DNA from: Dendrobates tinctorius
Lineage: Eukaryota
Direction of reading: 5' to 3'
Assembly: GCF_039654945.1 (NCBI RefSeq)
Contig: NW_027361788.1
Location: 9,982,001-10,046,000, forward strand
Length of the DNA stretch: 64,000 nt
Under the pieces are notes generated by a model. The model searched no databases. It saw nothing but the letters and a program-made list of their open reading frames with translations, and was not told the origin of the DNA. Of the stretch, positions 11,937-25,329 are shown in pieces. The position numbers were made by a program, and so were the translations under genes. Every line of letters starts with the position of its first letter. Within the stretch, counting starts at the first letter, position 1.

Positions 11937-14538
11937 CCCCTTCATGACCCAGCCTATTTTGACCTTAATGACATGGCCATTTTTTGCAATTCTGAGCAGT
12001 GTCTCTTTATGAGGTATTAACTCAGGAACGCTTCAACCCATCTTAGCGATTCTGCGAATGTTTCTTCGTGACATATTGAGTTTCACGTTAGTGGTAAATT
12101 TAGGTCGATAATTTTTGCGTTTATTTGTGGAAAAAAAACAGAAATTTGGCGAAAATTTCGCAATTTTCAAATGTTGAATTTTTATTCTGTTAAACCAGAG
12201 AGTTATGTGACACAAAATAGTTAAGAAATAACATTTCCCACATGTCTATTTTACATCAGCACAATTTTGGAAACAATTTTTTTTTTTTTTTTTTTAGGAA
12301 GCTATAAGGGTTAAAAGTTGACCAGCGATTTCTCATTTTTACAACAAAATTTACAAAACCATTTTTTTTTTTTTTTTTAAGGGACCACCTCACATTTGAA
12401 GTCACTTTGAGGGGTCCACATGGCAGAAAATACCCAACAGTGACACCATTCTAAAAACTGCACCCCCTCAAGCTACTCAAAACTACATTCAAGAAGATTA
12501 TTAACCCTTCAGGTGCTTCACAGGAACTAAAGCAACGTGGAAGGAAAAAAATGGACATTTTAATTTTTTCAACAAAAATATTCTTTTAGCATCAATTTTT
12601 TCATTTTCACATGTGTAACAGGATAAAATGGATCCTAAAATTTGTTGGGCAACTTCTCCTGAGTACACCGATACCTCATATGTGGTCATAAACCACTGTT
12701 TGAGTGCACGGCAGGGCTCAGAAGGGTAGGAGCGCCATTTGACTATTTGAATGAAAATTAGCTCCAATCGTTAGCGGACACCATGTCGTGTTTGGAGAGC
12801 CCCTGTGTGCCTAAACATTGGAGCTCCCCCACAAATGACACCATTTTGGAAAATAGACCCCCTAAGGAACTTATCTAGATGCATAGTAAGGACTTTTAAA
12901 CACCAGGTGCTTCACAGAAGTTTATAACGCAGAGCCGTGAAAATAAAAAAAAAATTTTCACCTCAAAAAATGTTTTTTTAGCCCGCTATTTTTTATTTTT
13001 TATAATGGTAACAGGAGAAATTGGACCCCTAAAGTTGTTGTCCAGTTTGTTCTGAGTACGCTGGTACCCCATATGTGGGGGGATAATCACTGTTTGGGCA
13101 CACGTCGAGGCTCGGAAGGGAAGTAGTGACGTTTTGAAATGCCGACTTTGATGGAATGGTCTGTGGGCGTCAAGTACGTTTGCAGAGCCCCTGATGTGCC
13201 TAAACAGTGGAAACCCCCACAAGTGACCCCATTTTGGAAACTAGACCTCCCAAGGAACTTATCTAGATGTGTGGTGAGCACTTTGAACCCCAAGTGCTTC
13301 ACAGTTTAGAACGCAGAGCCGTGAAAATAAAAAAAATCATTTTTTCCCACAAAAATAATTTTTTTAGCCCCCAATTTTTTATTTTCCGAAGGGTAACAGG
13401 AGAAATTAGACCCCCAAAGTTGTTGCGCAATTTTTCCTGAGTACGCTGATACCCCATATGTGGGGGTAAACCACTGTTTGGGCACACGTCGGGGCTCGGA
13501 ATGGAGGGAGCACTGTTTGACTTTATGAACGCAAAATTGGAGGGAATAAATGGTGGCAAGATGTCGCATTTGGAGACCCCGTGATGTGCCTCAACAGTGG
13601 AAATCCCTCAATTCTAACTCCAACCCTAATCCCAACACACCCCTAACCCTAATCCCAACCCTAACCACAACCCTAACCCCAACTTTAACCCTAACCCCAA
13701 TTCCAACCCTAACCCCAATTCCAACCCTAACCCTATTTCTAACCCTAATTCCAAACCCAACCCCTAATTCCAACCCTAACCCCTAATTCCAACCCTAATG
13801 GAAAAATAAAAAATATTTTCTTTATTTTATTATTTGTACCTGCCTATGGGGGTGATAAGGGGGGGCGGTGATTTACTTTTTTTTTTTTATTTTGATCACT
13901 GTGAGAGTTTATCACAGTGATCAAAATAAATGAATGAATCTGCAGCATTGCAGATTCGAGCAGGCGCACTGCGCATGCGCCCGTCATTTTCCAAGATGGC
14001 GGCACCCATGATCCGGGACGGAGGGCCACCGGGAACCAGAGCGGGACATACTAGGTACCGGGAGGGGTGAGGGAAATCGGACTACGGGTGGGGAGCGGAG
14101 GGAAGGGGAGGGGGAGCAGATCATGATGGCAGCGGCCAATTGCTGCCGTCAGTCCGTTGCGGGGGCCAATCGCCCCAGCCAGCCGGTGGGGGGGGGTCAT
14201 TTTAGTGTCTCCAGCCATGGCCGATGCTACTGCAGCATCGGCCATGGCTGGATTGTAATATTTCATCAAATTTCATAGATGAAATATTACTGTTGCTGAT
14301 TGGTTGTTTCACTTTTAACAGCCAATCAAGCGATCGTAGCTACGTGGGGGCTAAGCCACACCCCCTGTGGTGAAGCACAAAGCCTCCTATGTGCGCGCGG
14401 GTTGGGTGACCTTTCAGTGACCCCGGTCACCCGACCCGCACGAGGATGATTTATATCATGACGCCTACATAGGCCTCATGGGTCGTACTGGCACAGCTTT
14501 TCATGCCGCCTACGTAGGCGTCATGGGTCGGGAAGGGG
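11937..14538. mobile_element. piggyBac-like non-autonomous element with internal ~390-420-bp tandem units and a telomere-like tract
   Basis: TTAA TSD at 11933-11936 and 14539-14542. Termini CCCCTTC..GACCCA / TGGGTC..GAAGGGG. Related ccattttggaaa.tagacc units at about 12445, 12840 and 13228. Confidence 0.85.
13612..13798 (+). repeat. Degenerate telomere-like (CCCTAA) array
   Basis: aaccctaatcccaaccctaaccacaaccctaacccc... Confidence 0.9.
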
Positions 14539-14583
14539 TTAAACGACTCCCTGTAACCCTACATAATGGACATAACGACTTAC

Positions 14584-14649
14584 CATAAATATGTAATTTG
14601 TGTCAGGGACTTGTCCTCCGGTTCTGAAGAGTTCACACAGATCATAAAA
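14584..14649 (-). CDS. ppp6c: PPP6C coding exon 3 (66 nt)
   Basis: Encodes [25 protein letters not shown] acceptor, GTAAGT donor. Too short to appear in the ORF track. Confidence 0.96.
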
Positions 14650-14706
14650 CTGGAAGCCAGAAAAATTGAAAATTATACACACACAAATACATAAAATATA
14701 TAAACA

Positions 14707-15255
14707 CAGAGCTCAGAACATGAGTACACACCCTTTGAACCACAAGATTTTTATTCACATCTCACTGAGAACAAGAACAATTTTCAAAGTGTTAACAAGA
14801 TTGAATTTAAAGGAAGTAATATAACTTTCACTACAAAATCTTCAGTTACCCTAAAACTAATTGATGCAAAAAAAAGATCACTTCCCACATCAAAAACAAG
14901 GACATCTAGCATTTCATATGACTTCCATGATTTTTTTTTTTTTTAGGGCAACACCAAGTCAGCGACATATCGCAGCACTAATCTTTTCCATTCTTCAAGA
15001 ATGATGTCTACTAGAGCCTGGATGCTAGACAGAGTGATGCTCAACTTGTCTCTTGAGATCTTCCTATAGGTGTCTGGTTATGCTCAGATCAAGGGACACT
15101 TGGCCACGGTGTCACTTTCATCCTGTTCTTCAGAAATGTAACGTGTTTTGGATCAATGTCATGTTGGAAAAGTGTATTTCTGCCAAAGGTACGGAGTGAT
15201 GGTAGCATCTACTCTCAGTATAGAGCAGTGTATCTAAATTCACGACACCATTAAT
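14707..15255 (-). mobile_element. Decayed Tc1 3' fragment
   Basis: TIR-like cagagctcagaacatgagtacacaccc. The reverse strand at about 15143-15170 reads FQHDIDPKH (Tc1 FQxDNDPKH motif). Confidence 0.65.
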
Positions 15256-16110
15256 GACACACGCGCCGTTCTCTCAACAAAAGGACATCTTACAATACAT
15301 TTTCTTTTTGTTGAGAGAACGGCACGTGTATACTTCATCTCTGGCACTTGAAATGATTACGTCTGCACGGATATATATGTTCTGGAATAAGGAGTCTGTT
15401 GCGCGTGTGCATATATTGAGAGAACGGCACATGCGCACTTTATCTTTTGCATTCGACATGACTACGTTTGCGCCTATATATATATGCCCTGGAACAATGA
15501 GTCTGTGAGTGAATTGCGTGTGCGACTGCTGGTATCTTACAGGTCTAAACTTCTACTGCGCCTGCACCGCCACACTGTCCGACGCGTGCCCGCTGTATCT
15601 GTGGAATTTTTCCTGATGCGCACGCGCCCTTTGTCAGCTCTCCGTGCATGCGCAGAGCATTTCTGATTCAATTTTATTTACAATGTCTTTATATGGACAG
15701 ACAAGATGGCCGCATCCATGTCTTCCCATGTGTTCCATCGCACGTCTCCCTTTTCACAGGTGAATCACATATCGTATTATCAATACGTGTGTGTGTGTAC
15801 ACCCCATGATTGTTAAGCAGAACATGCTATCTTTTTACCCCGAGGAAGCCACATTTGTGGCGATAAACGTGGGAACCCACACTTTCTTTTTCCCTTGCTC
15901 TTATGGCCTTGGCTTAAATCTTAGGATCCACACTTACCTTGGTGTGAGCGTGCTACAACCTAGGAATGGGTTTGTTATCTTTTTCAGTCTATGTGCTTTA
16001 TCAGCTCTGAATTTGTGGCTACATTATGAGGAGCCTGAATTTATCAGGTTAAAATTCTCTCTCTCTCATATGCCATTTTTGGTGTGTTTTCTTGGGCCCA
16101 TATGGTACTG

Positions 16111-16154
<44 letters not shown>

Positions 16155-16449
16155 TATAGCCATATAGGATTTATCTATGGCATTTGTTATAGCCTAGTAT
16201 ATGTGCAACACATTTGATAGTGGTCTTATTGTATATTCTTGTCTTGGGGATTTTTCTGTGTAGGAGGTCATGGAATCTATACAAAGGCATGACTTATAGG
16301 TCCTTTTGTCTTTTAAATGTTTTTAACCCAAATTGTGTGTTTTCTGCCTGTTTGTAACTTTTGATATTTGCTAATAAAGTGTTACAATTATACCCTATAT
16401 ACAATTGAGGTGTTCCCTTGATATATGGGCATGATCTTTTCCTCTTGCT

Positions 16450-16834
16450 TTTGGTACTTAATATATCCTACTTGCTGCCTAAAGGCCCCGTCGAGATCGC
16501 TGTATGTGACGGGGATCAGCGACCGGCCCCCCCTGCCCGGTATCGCTGATCATTCTATATCGGCCTGGGCCATTTTTTGATCGCTGGTCTTCCGCTGGCC
16601 GCGGCTCCTCAATACCCGCTGTTTACATTAGAGACCAGCTTGCTCGCTGGTCCTGATCGCTGGTGAGTCTGTCTATGTGACAGCTCACCAGCGATCAGCC
16701 TAACGAAGTCCCAGCGATCCCATCCATGTCGGATCGTTGGTGGGATCGCTGGGACATTGTTACGTGTAACGGGGCCTTAAGGAACAAAGATATCTTTCAG
16801 ATCACCAACTAGTGACCAGCCTTGATCCTTGTAG
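16450..16834 (-). pseudogene. Chapaev3-like transposase relic, distal part (continues 28667-29514)
   Basis: Reverse strand 16834-16781 reads (N)YKDQGWSLVGDLKDIF. Past the MITE it reads QQVGYIKY. Confidence 0.7.
16483..16777. mobile_element. PIF/Harbinger-type MITE
   Basis: TIR AGGCCCCGT / ACGGGGCCT, TAA TSD on both sides, gatcgct-rich body. Confidence 0.8.
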
Positions 16835-17362
16835 TTAAAGGGAACCTGTCACCCTCCCAGGACTTTTTTCAGTTAAAGAGCCACCTTCAGCAGCACCAAG
16901 GCTGCACTCTGTGAAGGTGGCTCTTCTGTTTCTGACCCCTAGTAACGCTTAAATATCGACTTTTATAAATAGCTCCTCATACCTGTAATGTGTCCCATAG
17001 GTATGGTGTGTCCCCCTGTATCAGCCACCTACCATCCGTCCATCATGCCTGTCCTGTGTCTCGGCGCCGCCCACCATCTGTCCATCATGATGCCCCTGTG
17101 CGTCGCCGCATCATCTTGTCCGAGAACCGCCATCAGGCTATTGCACCTGCGTGTTGCGGAAGCCCCAGCCCCGCAGTGTGAATACCAGGGCTGTGGAGTC
17201 GGAGTCAGTGCTCATTTTGGTGGAGTTGGTATAAAATGGACCGACTCCTAAAATATATAATAAATTGGGTACAGTAGTTCAATGCAGAATGTGCTGAATA
17301 TTTTTTCATAGGAATTTGGGAAAGTTTAAAAATATATAAATGGCTGTTCTATTCCTGATCTA

Positions 17363-17668
17363 AGGCTACATTCACACACAGCGTTTTTGCTGCGTTTTTT
17401 GAGGATACGTTTTTCAGCTGTAAAAGCAGATCAGCTTTTTAAAAACCGCATCACCTGAAAGGTTTTTGAGCTCATAGATAATGTTTTCAATAGCAAAAGC
17501 AGATTAGAAAAACACCACACAAACTGACATGCTCATTCAGCCCAAAAACGGATCCTCACAAAACGATGTGTCTGAATGTCATATCTTGAAACCCATTGAC
17601 TTTGCTGGGATGCAGAGTCACTGCATTGTACTGCAAAAAATGGATCCGCAAAAACGCTGTGTGTGAAT
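17363..17668. mobile_element. Harbinger-type MITE
   Basis: aggctacattcacacacagcgtttttgc ... gcaaaaacgctgtgtgtgaat inverted ends; right tip lost. Confidence 0.6.
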
Positions 17669-17929
17669 CATGGCCGTAGCCAGCAAGGGGCAGAGGGGGC
17701 AGCTGCCCCCCCCCCCTAGAAGCAGGGGCACGCACCTATCAAAACTCACTTGTATGCTGCAGTGCTCCTGTCCCGCACCTGCTCCAGACTGCAGGGGGCA
17801 ATCTCCCCTCCTCTGTCCCGTCTTCTGCTGTCTTCACCAGAGAGAGGAGGTGTGCCTGCCCTGCACAGGATCCGATTCCTGGGCCCGGAGCTGGCGAAAG
17901 TTGTGCACACGCTGCAGCTGGCAATAAGA

Positions 17930-20900
17930 GATAGTCTGCATTCACTTGGTACGTCACTCAGCTTTCCACAAAGACTTCTTACCTCTGCACATAGCATTCA
18001 CTTGGTATGTCTCTCAACTAACCCCCTGCTTTACCCCAGTATTATTTATGACCTTGTTTACTTTGGCTTGATCATATGCATCTGGTCCACTCTTAATTAT
18101 CTGACCAAGAGGAGCACAGACCACTCCTCTCAGCTTCACACCTGAATGCACTTTGTAGCACATATATTGCATAGCACAAGTCTGCCAAGACTTTAGTCTG
18201 CAGTGTGTATCCTAGAAGTGTGTATCTTAAAAGTGTGAGATGATATGAAAATATGAATTAATCCAGAATTGGAACAGAAGGTAACTGGAAAGAGTTAATG
18301 TAAACAATGTTTCTGTTTGTTTCCACTCTAACCCCTATAATCCTTCACTTTCTGATAACCCCACTAATCCCTACATCTAGTAAGGAACTGTTCATCTCTT
18401 CTTCAATCCTTCCAATCCATCTCGCCTCTTCCTCAGATCTGTTCCTCAACATACAATCCTCTGTCTCCAAACACAGACAGCCCCCTCATGCCCTCTCCTG
18501 CTCCCACCTGCTAACACTCTCTGCTCCTCCTCACTGCCGGCGATATCTCTCCAAATCCTGGTCCTCCTCACCACAATTCCACAGTCATCTCTACCTCCCA
18601 TCCACACCCAATCACAACTTTCCGTAACCACTCCAACCTTATACACATTCGCCCAACCCCAGCTTCCCCAGTCCCACTAACAGGAGCTCTGTGGAACGCT
18701 CGCTCTGTCTGCAACAAACTTTTTCATCCATGATCTATTTATTACTAACAAACTTTCCTTCCTCGCCATCACCGAAACCTGGCTCACCTCCTCTGACACA
18801 GCCTCTCCTGCTGCACTCTCATAAAGGTGGATTCCACCTTTCCCACACCCCCCGCCCCAGCTGCAAGCATGGTGGAGTTAGTTTTCTTCTGTCAGATAAC
18901 TGCTCCTTCACCCCAATCCCACTGCCGCCCTCTCTTACCCTCCCTTCCTTCGAGGTGCACTCTGTGCGCATCTACTCCCCCTCCAACCACCAAAAAGCTG
19001 TCATATTCCGCCCTCCAGGGTCAGCCACCACCTTCTTTGACCACTTCACCACCTGGCTACTCCATTCCTTTCCACTGATATCCCCACTATCATCTTGGGT
19101 GACTTCAACATCCCCATTGACACTTCCCTCTCAGCTGCCACTAAACTTCTATCTCTCACTTCCTCCTTCGGCCTCACTCAATGGTCTTCTGCAGCCACTC
19201 ACAAAGATGGCCACACACTAGACCTCATCTTCACCCGCCTCTGCTCCCTATCTAGCCTCTCTAACTCACCTCTTCCTCTCTCTGACCACAAACTACTTAC
19301 ATTCTCTTCCCTCTCCTCCTCAGGTCCACAATCCCCACCTCAAAAACTCGCACACCCTCGCAGAAATCTTCAACACCTCGATCTACACTCACTTTCTGAA
19401 TCCCTCCTCCCTCTTACAGGCATAAGTTCCCTACACAATGCGGATGCCGCTCTATATAACACCACAATAGCTGTAGCTTTGGAATCAGTTACCCCTCTCA
19501 AACATACCAAAACTTGCAAAATCAACAGACAGCCCTGGCACACCAGTCTGACCAAAGAACTGAGGCGGGCTTCCAGGGCTGCTGAGCGGAGATGGAAAAA
19601 ATCCCACTCCAATGAGGACTTCATCACATTCAAACTGTCCCTCACTACTTTTTCAAGGCCACACTAGCTGCAGCAAAACAAACCTACTTCTCATCTCTAA
19701 TATCCTCCCTGTCTCACAACCATAAACAGTTATTCAACACCTTCAATTCTCTCCTCCACCCCCCAGCACCTCCTCCCTCTCCACTCATCTCAGCTGAAGA
19801 CTTTGCCTCAATTTTCAAGAAGATTGATAACATCAGAGACAGTTTTGGTCAACAACCCCCAGTGCCCTTCCTCCTACCTGCCCTGCCCTCCTCCCCCAAA
19901 ACCAACTTCTCCACCATTACAGAAGATCGACTCTCCACTCTACTCTCAAGATCACATCTCATTACCTGTGCACTTGACCCGATCCCATCCCACTTCATCC
20001 CAAACCTCACCACAGTCTTCATCCCAACCCTAACCCATCTCTTCAACCTATCACTAACAACTGGTGTTTTCCCCTCAAGCTTTAAACATGCCTCAATCAC
20101 ACCTATCCTCAAAAAGCCCTCTCTTGACCCATCCTCTGTATCTAGCTATCGCCCTATATCACTTCTCCCCTATGCCTCAAAACTACTGGAACAACACGTC
20201 CATCTTGAACTATCCTCCCACCTCTCTTCTTGCTCCCTCCTTGACCACTTGCAATCCGGCTTCCGGCCACACCACTCCACTGAAACTGCCCTAACTAAGG
20301 TCACCAATGACCTACTAGCCACCAAGGCCAAGCGACACTACTCTGTCCTCCTCGTCCTGGACCTGTCCTCTGCCTTTGACACAGTGGACCATTCCCTATT
20401 ACTACAGACCCTCTCATCTCTTGGTATCACAGACTTGGCCCTATCTTGGATTGCGTCATACCTAGCAGACCAGACATTTCGCGTCTCCCATTCGCACACC
20501 AGCTCCTCACCGCGCCCCCTATCCGTCGGAGTCCCGCAAGGTTCAGTCCTAGGGCCCCTGCTCTTCTCCGTTTACACCTTCGGCCTCGGACAGCTCATAG
20601 AATCTCATGGCTTTCAGTATCATCTCTATGCTGATGACACACAGATCTACATCTCTGGACCAGATATCACCTCCCTACTGAACAGAATCCCTCAATGTCT
20701 GTCTGCTATTTCATCCTTCTCCGCTAGATTTCTAAAACTTAATATGGACAAAACAGAATTAATCATCTTTCACCCATCTCACGTGACCCCCCCAACAGAC
20801 CTATCCATTAAAGTAAACGGCTGCCAACTCTCTCCAGTCCCACAAGCTCGCTGCCTCGGTGTTATCCTTGACACTGATCTCTCTTTCAAACCACATATCT

Positions 20901-21652
20901 AAGCCCTTTCCGCTTCCTGCCGACTTCCACTCAAAAATATTTCACGGATCCGTACGTTCCTCAACCAAGAATCTGCAAAAACCCTCATCTCTCGCCTTGA
21001 CTACTGCAACCTCCCCTCTAACACTCTCGCACTCCTCCAATCTATTAACTCTGCTGCCCGACTAATCCACCTGTCCCCCCGCTATTGCCCGGCCTCTCCC
21101 CTCTGTCAATCCCTGCACTGGCTCCCCATTACCCAAAGACTCCAGTTCAAAACCCTAACCATGACATACAAAGCCATCCACAACCTGAGTCCTCTGTACA
21201 TCTGTGACCTAGTCTCCCGGTACTTACCTGCACGAAACCTCCGATCTTCACAAGATCTCCTTCTGTACTCCCCGCTTATCTCCTCTTCCCACAATCGCAT
21301 ACAAGATTTCTCCCGCGCATCCCCTCTACTCTGGAACTCTCTACCACAACATATCAGACTCTCGCCTACCATGGAAACCTTCAAAAAACTTGAAGACCTA
21401 CCTCTTCCGACAAGCCTACAACTTGAAGTAACCACCGATCCACCAAACCGCTGCACGACCAGCTCTACTCTCGCCTACTGTATCCTCACCCATCCCGTTG
21501 TAGATTGTGAGCCCTCGTGGGCAGGGTCCTCTCATCCTGTACCAGTCATGACTTGTATTGTTTAAGATTACTGTACTTGTATGTATTATGTATACCCCTC
21601 CTCACATGTAAAGCGCCATGGAATAAATGTCGCAATAATAATAATAATAATA

Positions 21653-21720
<68 letters not shown>
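17930..21720 (+). mobile_element. L2-clade LINE with frameshifted APE-RT ORF and (TAA)n tail
   Basis: APE motifs GALWNARS, GDFNIP, TLDLIF, SDH. RT motifs [22 protein letters not shown]2-type C-terminus HWLP...TYKAIHN. Tail 21634-21720. 5' boundary approximate. Confidence 0.92.
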
Positions 21721-21722
<2 letters not shown>

Positions 21723-22600
21723 TGCTGGAAATCTGATTGGAAAAGTGAGGAAATTGGTTATTGCCGCCAGAACCCCTAAAATTGATTCCATCTTGAAGAG
21801 ACGTGCTGGAAAAGGGGCAATTATCGATCAAGCCACTCGGTGGGGCAGCACTTATTTAATGATTGAGCGATTGCTTGAACTAAAACCGTTTCTTATAGAT
21901 ACGGCGAACCCTCAGGTAACCCTAAATGAAGGTCAATGGACATGTGGCTGAATTGAAGGAAATGCTTAATCACCCATTTACCATGACTAAAAAATTATAA
22001 GCTGAGGATTTAACTCCTGGCATTTTCATAAAGGAGTGGAAGAACTTGCTATTTTGCCTGTCCCAAAGAGGAGGTTTAATTGCAGATGGCATTTCTGCTT
22101 CAATGAAACGGAGAGAGACACAGCTATTGGAAAATAAAATTTTTCTGGCAGCTGTTTATGTGGACCCAAGTCATCGTATACTGCTTGATGATCAACAGCT
22201 TACTAAAGGAAAAGAAGCTCTGACTGAGGTAGTAGTTAGGATGAGTGCCCTACAGGACTGCCAGGCGCAAGAGGACTTGGGTCCTGACAGTGCTACTGCT
22301 GCCATATGTTCATCCTCATCAGATGAGGAGTTTGACTTTGACAAGTATTTGGGTGACAGGGAGCAGGCAAAGCATTGCCGCAAGGAAAAAGATTTCACTC
22401 CGTCTCCTATAGCAAGCAGATTGCTGAAATATTGTCAAAATGTTTCACTTGCTTTCAAAGAAATAGAAAAATTCAACCGTTCATCAAATCTGACATGAGG
22501 CAATTCCTTTATACCCGGAAATTGTTAGAGATATTGCCCATGTGGTTATGGCTTTTCCTCCAACCCAAGCTAATGTACAGAGGTTGTTCTCTAGCCTTAA
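21721..22600 (+). pseudogene. hAT transposase C-terminal relic
   Basis: TRWGSTYLMIERLL, AAVYVDP and dimerisation-domain-like PPTQANVQRLFSSLK, spread over several frames. Confidence 0.85.
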
Positions 22601-22950
22601 GGCTAAGTGCACAAGTAGCAGAAAATTTCTGCTGAAAAACCTGACTCCCTTGCCAGAAACTGCACGTTTTTTTTCTGCGCGGTTTTTGCAGGAAGCAGGG
22701 CGAAACGTGCGGGTCGGGGCAGGACGGGGCTCCCAGTGTACACATTGAATGCTGCTAGGATCCAGGTAATGGCCCCTGTGGGTCCAATCATGAATTTTAA
22801 CTATTAGATTCTGATTTTGTGTGGGCGGTGGATGACAGCAGTTTCCATAAACAAGCAGCCTCCATGACCTTTGTGGTGGACTATGGCTAATTGCTTTTGG
22901 CTGCTATGATGTGACATGTGCTCCCAACCTACCCAGCAATTATAGCGTTA

Positions 22951-23630
22951 AGGCCTCGTCACACATAGCAATCTCGCTAGCGAGATCGCTGCCGAGTCAC
23001 AACTTTTGTGACACAACAGCGATCTCACCAGCGAGATCGGTGTGTGACAGCGATCGGCCCCCCTGCCGGTATCGCTGCAAGAAACCTCTGGACATTTTTT
23101 TCGTCGCTGATCTCCCGCTGGCCAGCACGCATCACTGCATGTGACAGGCGGGAGACCAGCGATCAGCTGTACTAGGATGTAAAAAATAATTAAAAAAAAA
23201 TAAAAAAATATTGTTATTTTCACCTTCCGACGTCCCGCGCTGCCATCCCGCCTCTCTCCACGCTCCCAGTCCCAGTAATCCTTTGCAAGAATGACCGCGA
23301 GACTTCGCGATCCCGCGAGAACGGACGTCATCGCGGTCACTCTCGCAAAGGATTACTGGGACCGGAGCATGGAGAGAGACGGGAATGCTGCGCGGGACGT
23401 CGGAAGGTGAGAACAACAATATTTTTTATTTTAATTCTATTTTTGACATGAATATGGCATCAGCGCTAACGAACACAGCGATGCCGCGCGCTCGGCGTCG
23501 CTGTGCTAATCGCTGGTGAAGCTGTCTGTTTAACAGCTCACTAGCGATCACATAGCGACTTACCAGCGATCCTGACATGTTGATATCGTTGTCGGGATCG
23601 CTGGCAAGTTGCTATGTGTGACTCTAGCCT
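22951..23630. mobile_element. Harbinger-type MITE (gatcgct family)
   Basis: aggcctcgtcacacatagcaa / ttgctatgtgtgactctagcct; related to the copies at 16483 and 39698. Confidence 0.75.
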
Positions 23631-24062
23631 TAGGTTCCCGTCTTACATATGTATTTGGCAGTAATGGCCATAAGTATTTATTGGGTCACCAACACACACT
23701 TGTTTGTATAATTGGTTTTGTCTTGATTTATACGGTTCTTGATTGGCAGGCACAGGGCCCAGAGCCAAGCAGCAATAATTATGCGAAAAAGAGTCGTGTG
23801 TACTTTTTTCTTGCACTATTTTTGTAAACATTAAAGTCTTTTTTACCTTTTATACGTGAATTCAGTAAAAAGGTTTTTCACCATTGAAAAGCTCTGTGAT
23901 TGGTCTTGGCTTAAATAATAGCGGGATCTAGTGTTTTTGTTTTTTATAAGAGCATAGTATTTTGTCACTGTGTGGCATATTTGGGAGTGACAAATGTTAT
24001 TTAGTAGGTTTTTGTTGAAAACGGTTTTTTTTTTGCCACTTACATAGTGTTATAAATATATA

Positions 24063-25329
24063 CAGAGGTTGGACAAAATAATGGAAACACCTGGAAAACA
24101 ACAAAAGTTAGTTTAATATGGTGTATGTCCACCTTTTGCGGCGATTACAGCCTAAATTCTCTGAGGTATGGATTCATACAAGGTGTGAATTGTTTCCAAA
24201 GGAATTGTAGCCCATTCTTCAGTTAAAACACCCTCCAGTTCTTTGAGCGACGATGGCGGCGGAAATCGACGTCTAACTTGAATCTGTAAAATCGACCATA
24301 AATGCTCAATAATGTTGAGGTCTGGGGATTGTGGGGGCCAGATGAGATGCTCAACTTCATTAGAATGTTCCTCGTGCCATGCTGTAACGATTCTAGCTGT
24401 ATGAATTGGTGCATTATCATCCTGAAAGATGGCGTTCCCCTCCGGGAACAGTGCTTGAACCATAGGATGCACTTGGTCGCCAAAAATGCCTAAATAATCG
24501 TGGCTGTTAATTCTTCCATGAAGGGATATCATTGGCCCAGCGGACCTCCACGAAATAGCACCCCAGATCATCACAGAACCTCCGCCATGTTTTACGGTTG
24601 GGAAAAGGCAGTCTGGATGGTATGCTTCTTTAGGCTGTCTCCAAACGTACACTCGGCCGGAGGTCAGAAATAGGGTAAACGATGATTCGTCTGAGAATAT
24701 CACGTTTCCACAGCTCGAGGGACCATTTCTGGAGGTTTCTACACCACTCTAAACGCTTGGAAACATTTGTCATTGAGAGCAGCGGTTTTCTAATTGCAGC
24801 TCTTCCGTGGAATCCTGATTTTTGCAGCTCCCGACAAACAGTTTTCGTGGAAACTGGGTTCTGTAGGTGTTCAATTGAGCTCAGCAGTGATTTTCGGAGC
24901 CGTGGTCTTGCGATCCTCTCTCACAATTCGCTTTAGAGTCCGAAGGTCTCTCTCAAGCAACTTCGACTTTCGGACAGACCTGTGCTTTGCTGCGGACGTT
25001 TTTCCTTCTCTTTCAAACGCAGTCATTGCTTTGGAGACAGTACCTCTTGACACGCCAAGCATTCGGGCACTTTCTGTTACACTAGCGCCTGCCATACAAG
25101 CACCAACAATTTGGCCTCTTTGAAAATCTGAGAGGTCTGCCATTGGTATCAGGTTCTCATCAATGTTCTTACAATTCTGCAAAACAAACCGTTAATTTAC
25201 ATACACATCACATAACACAAATAATCAACTACAAAACATTACCATATGTCACGGTTTGCATGTTTATAACATGTTCGAAGATTATGATGCCAAAATGTTA
25301 GGTGTTTCCAGTATTTTGTCCAACCCCTG
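24063..25329 (-). mobile_element. Full-length Tc1-family transposon, DD36E (Incomer-like), frameshifted
   Basis: TA TSD. ~30-bp TIRs CAGAGGTTGGACAAAATAATGGAAACACCT. ORFs 24871..25182 and 24152..24703 with FSDES, FQDDNAP, SPDLNIIE. Confidence 0.93.

Noticed and set aside
13612-13798. True telomere or chromosome-fusion scar
   Set aside because: It is degenerate, in a single orientation and internal to a TSD-bounded transposon.
21546-21831. Poly-Tyr and poly-Leu ORFs
   Set aside because: Antisense reading of the L2 (TAA)n tail.
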